In this document: one piece after another, positions 62,786-64,000 of the stretch | Position numbering within the stretch: position 1 is the first letter of the stretch | Layout of the letters: the number at the start of each line of letters is the position of its first letter | Source: Candidatus Binatia bacterium | GTDB lineage: Bacteria; Desulfobacterota; Binatia; UBA9968; JAJDTQ01 | NCBI GenBank assembly: GCA_963422385.1 | Contig: OY729432.1 | Span: 355,376-419,375 of the forward strand | Reading direction: 5' to 3' | Length of the DNA: 64,000 nucleotides | Program-made: the position numbers and the translations under genes | The notes under the pieces: model-generated | What the model was told of the DNA's origin: nothing | The model's input: the letters and a program-made list of their open reading frames with translations, nothing else | Databases searched by the model: none

Positions 62786-63671
62786 ATGATTATTCTTGAA
62801 GGCGACCGTCTGGAATTCTGCTTTGACGAGGTTCACACGGCGGCGCACTGTACGATCGAGTTCCAGCGTACCCTGCGCATTCCCGACGACGGCCGCGACT
62901 ATCCGCTCCGCCGGGTCTCGGTGCTTTCCCGCTGCGTCACCTCGACGACTACGCCGCGCGATTGCCGGAAGCCTGGCGCCAGCGTGGTGGTGTCGTAGCT
63001 CCGACGCATCAGGCCGAGGCGCTGTGGATTAATTTTGCCTCGGATTATCCGTTCGCTGTCAAAGTGGCGACCGGCAAGAGCTGCGCAATCACCGGCGATG
63101 CCTGGGCCGAACATCTGAACCGCAGTCCACAGCGGCTTGCAGTTGGTCGCCTACCCCATAGGCCGAGCACTACGTGGCGCTCATGACGGAGCAGGCTGAG
63201 TTTCGCGACGCTGTCCTGTATTCCCCCGAGTTCGTCACGGAGGAACCCATGGGTCTCGCGCCGGGTGGCCGAATGAAACAGGACATCCAAGACGATCCCC
63301 ATAGGCCCGACGCCTGGGACCAGCGGCATGGCAGCCGCTGCCTCGTTTCCCTGCTCAACACCGCCCAATGGATGACAATCACCGGCGAGCGGCCGCTGAC
63401 CGCGCAGGCCTATGCCGTGTGCGGCCTGCCCTGGTTCGATTACTATGGCGGGGATTTGCAGGCGGTGACCGGCAGCGAAAACTGCGGGGGCTCGCGAGCA
63501 CCGCCGAACATGCCGAGGCAACGGGACAGTCGCCTCGGCCGGACAACGGAACGATCGGTGCACCATCTACTGTCGCGCTCGGGAAATCGCGTCGGGGGCG
63601 GGAAGGCGCTGGCCAAGGTGCCGAAGCCTGGAGAGTTCGGCCCCATGCATCTGCCATCATCGGACAAGTAG
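62786..63671 (+). pseudogene. degraded conserved-hypothetical gene split over three reading frames
   Basis: Consecutive same-strand pieces: TIEFQRTLRIPDDGRDYPL (62786-62998), PEAWRQRGGVVAPTHQAEALWINFASDYPFAVKVATGKSCAITGDAW (62962-63186), and MGLAPGGRMKQDIQDDPHRPDAWDQ...GLPWFDYYGGDLQAVTGSE (63174-63671). They read like one protein interrupted by frameshifts and possibly a deletion. Confidence 0.5.
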
Positions 63672-63677
63672 CTACCA

Positions 63678-64000
63678 ATGGAGGGCGAAACAGTGACAAT
63701 GGAGGGCGACATGGAGACGGAACGCGAGCCCACGGCCCTGGAGATATCCGGGCGCTGGTCGAATTTCTGCCGAAACCATACGGCGACGGCACACAGCCGG
63801 TGATCGAGCGATGGGTTACGCAGAACGGAGACGGATCGCTGACCCTGCCCTGGCCGAAATACAACGAAACGGTGGAGAGCTTCATCCACCTGATCGTGAA
63901 CCAGAACTGCTGGATCGACGCCGGCTACGTCCCCGAAGAGGCAGAAAGACTGCTCATGGACGAAGCGGCGGTCAAGGATGCGACCATTCCAGAAATACGG
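63678..64000 (+). pseudogene. partial gene running off the window end, with an apparent 1-nt frameshift near its start
   Basis: ATG-initiated frame MEGETVTMEGDMETEREPTALE stops at 63784-63786. From 63743 another frame reads DIRALVEFLPKPYGDGTQPVIERWVTQNGDGSLTLPWPKYNETVESFIHLIVNQNCWIDAGYVPEEAERLL through to position 64000. The junction CTGGAGATATCC would be in frame as CTGGAGGATATCC. Confidence 0.4.

Overview
I worked by eye from the sequence and the ORF track and ran no database searches, so family names are motif-level recognitions. This is a GC-rich chromosomal segment of a diderm bacterium whose gene order resembles Deltaproteobacteria/Desulfobacterota. The first 30 kb is conserved housekeeping, mostly on the minus strand: asd-leuB-leuA, pssA-psd-ilvC-ilvN-ilvB, tsaB-rseP-dxr-cdsA-uppS-frr-pyrH-tsf-rpsB, rho, ribF and a complete Tol-Pal cluster (tolQRAB-pal-ybgF). 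On the plus strand follow pgk-tpiA-secG and tRNA-Leu(GAG), then yggT-yggS on the minus strand and a lytic transglycosylase on the plus strand. The middle, 31-50 kb, is the most interesting part. A histidine-betaine (hercynine) methyltransferase, egtD, is translationally coupled to an HdrD/GlpC-like CCG iron-sulfur protein and followed by a 667-aa hydrolase-like protein. About 13 kb downstream lies a tight operon of Amidohydrolase_2, a GH84 O-GlcNAcase-like enzyme, an EgtB/SenA-like C-S/C-Se bond-forming enzyme and a SenB-like glycosyltransferase. I read these two loci as an expanded selenoneine/ergothioneine-type system with accessory enzymes that I do not know to have been described. Between the two loci sit an alpha/beta hydrolase, a lower-GC Rnl5/DRB0094-like RNA ligase, a deleted and frameshifted AAA/DUF4143 ATPase pseudogene, cinA and an RND efflux pair. 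From 49.7 to 58.6 kb there is a LysW amino-group-carrier operon (lysW-lysX-lysY-[Ntn amidohydrolase]-lysZ-lysJ/argD). It has no lysK in the window and carries an embedded class II glutamine-amidotransferase-like gene. Upstream of it in the same orientation is an aldehyde dehydrogenase / amidohydrolase / aminotransferase operon. The last 3.5 kb, after rnhA and ychF, is a decayed accessory region holding a Phd/VapC toxin-antitoxin pair and frameshifted genes. Two small repeat families occur in the intergenic regions. One is a 165-bp MITE-like element bounded by CTAG, whose termini (ACACTAG) repeatedly supply the TAG stop codons of adjacent genes. The other is a GGGGCGGG-yTTGAAAC-CCGCCCC hairpin (REP-like). 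Many long ORFs in the track are antisense shadow ORFs typical of GC-rich DNA, and I rejected them.
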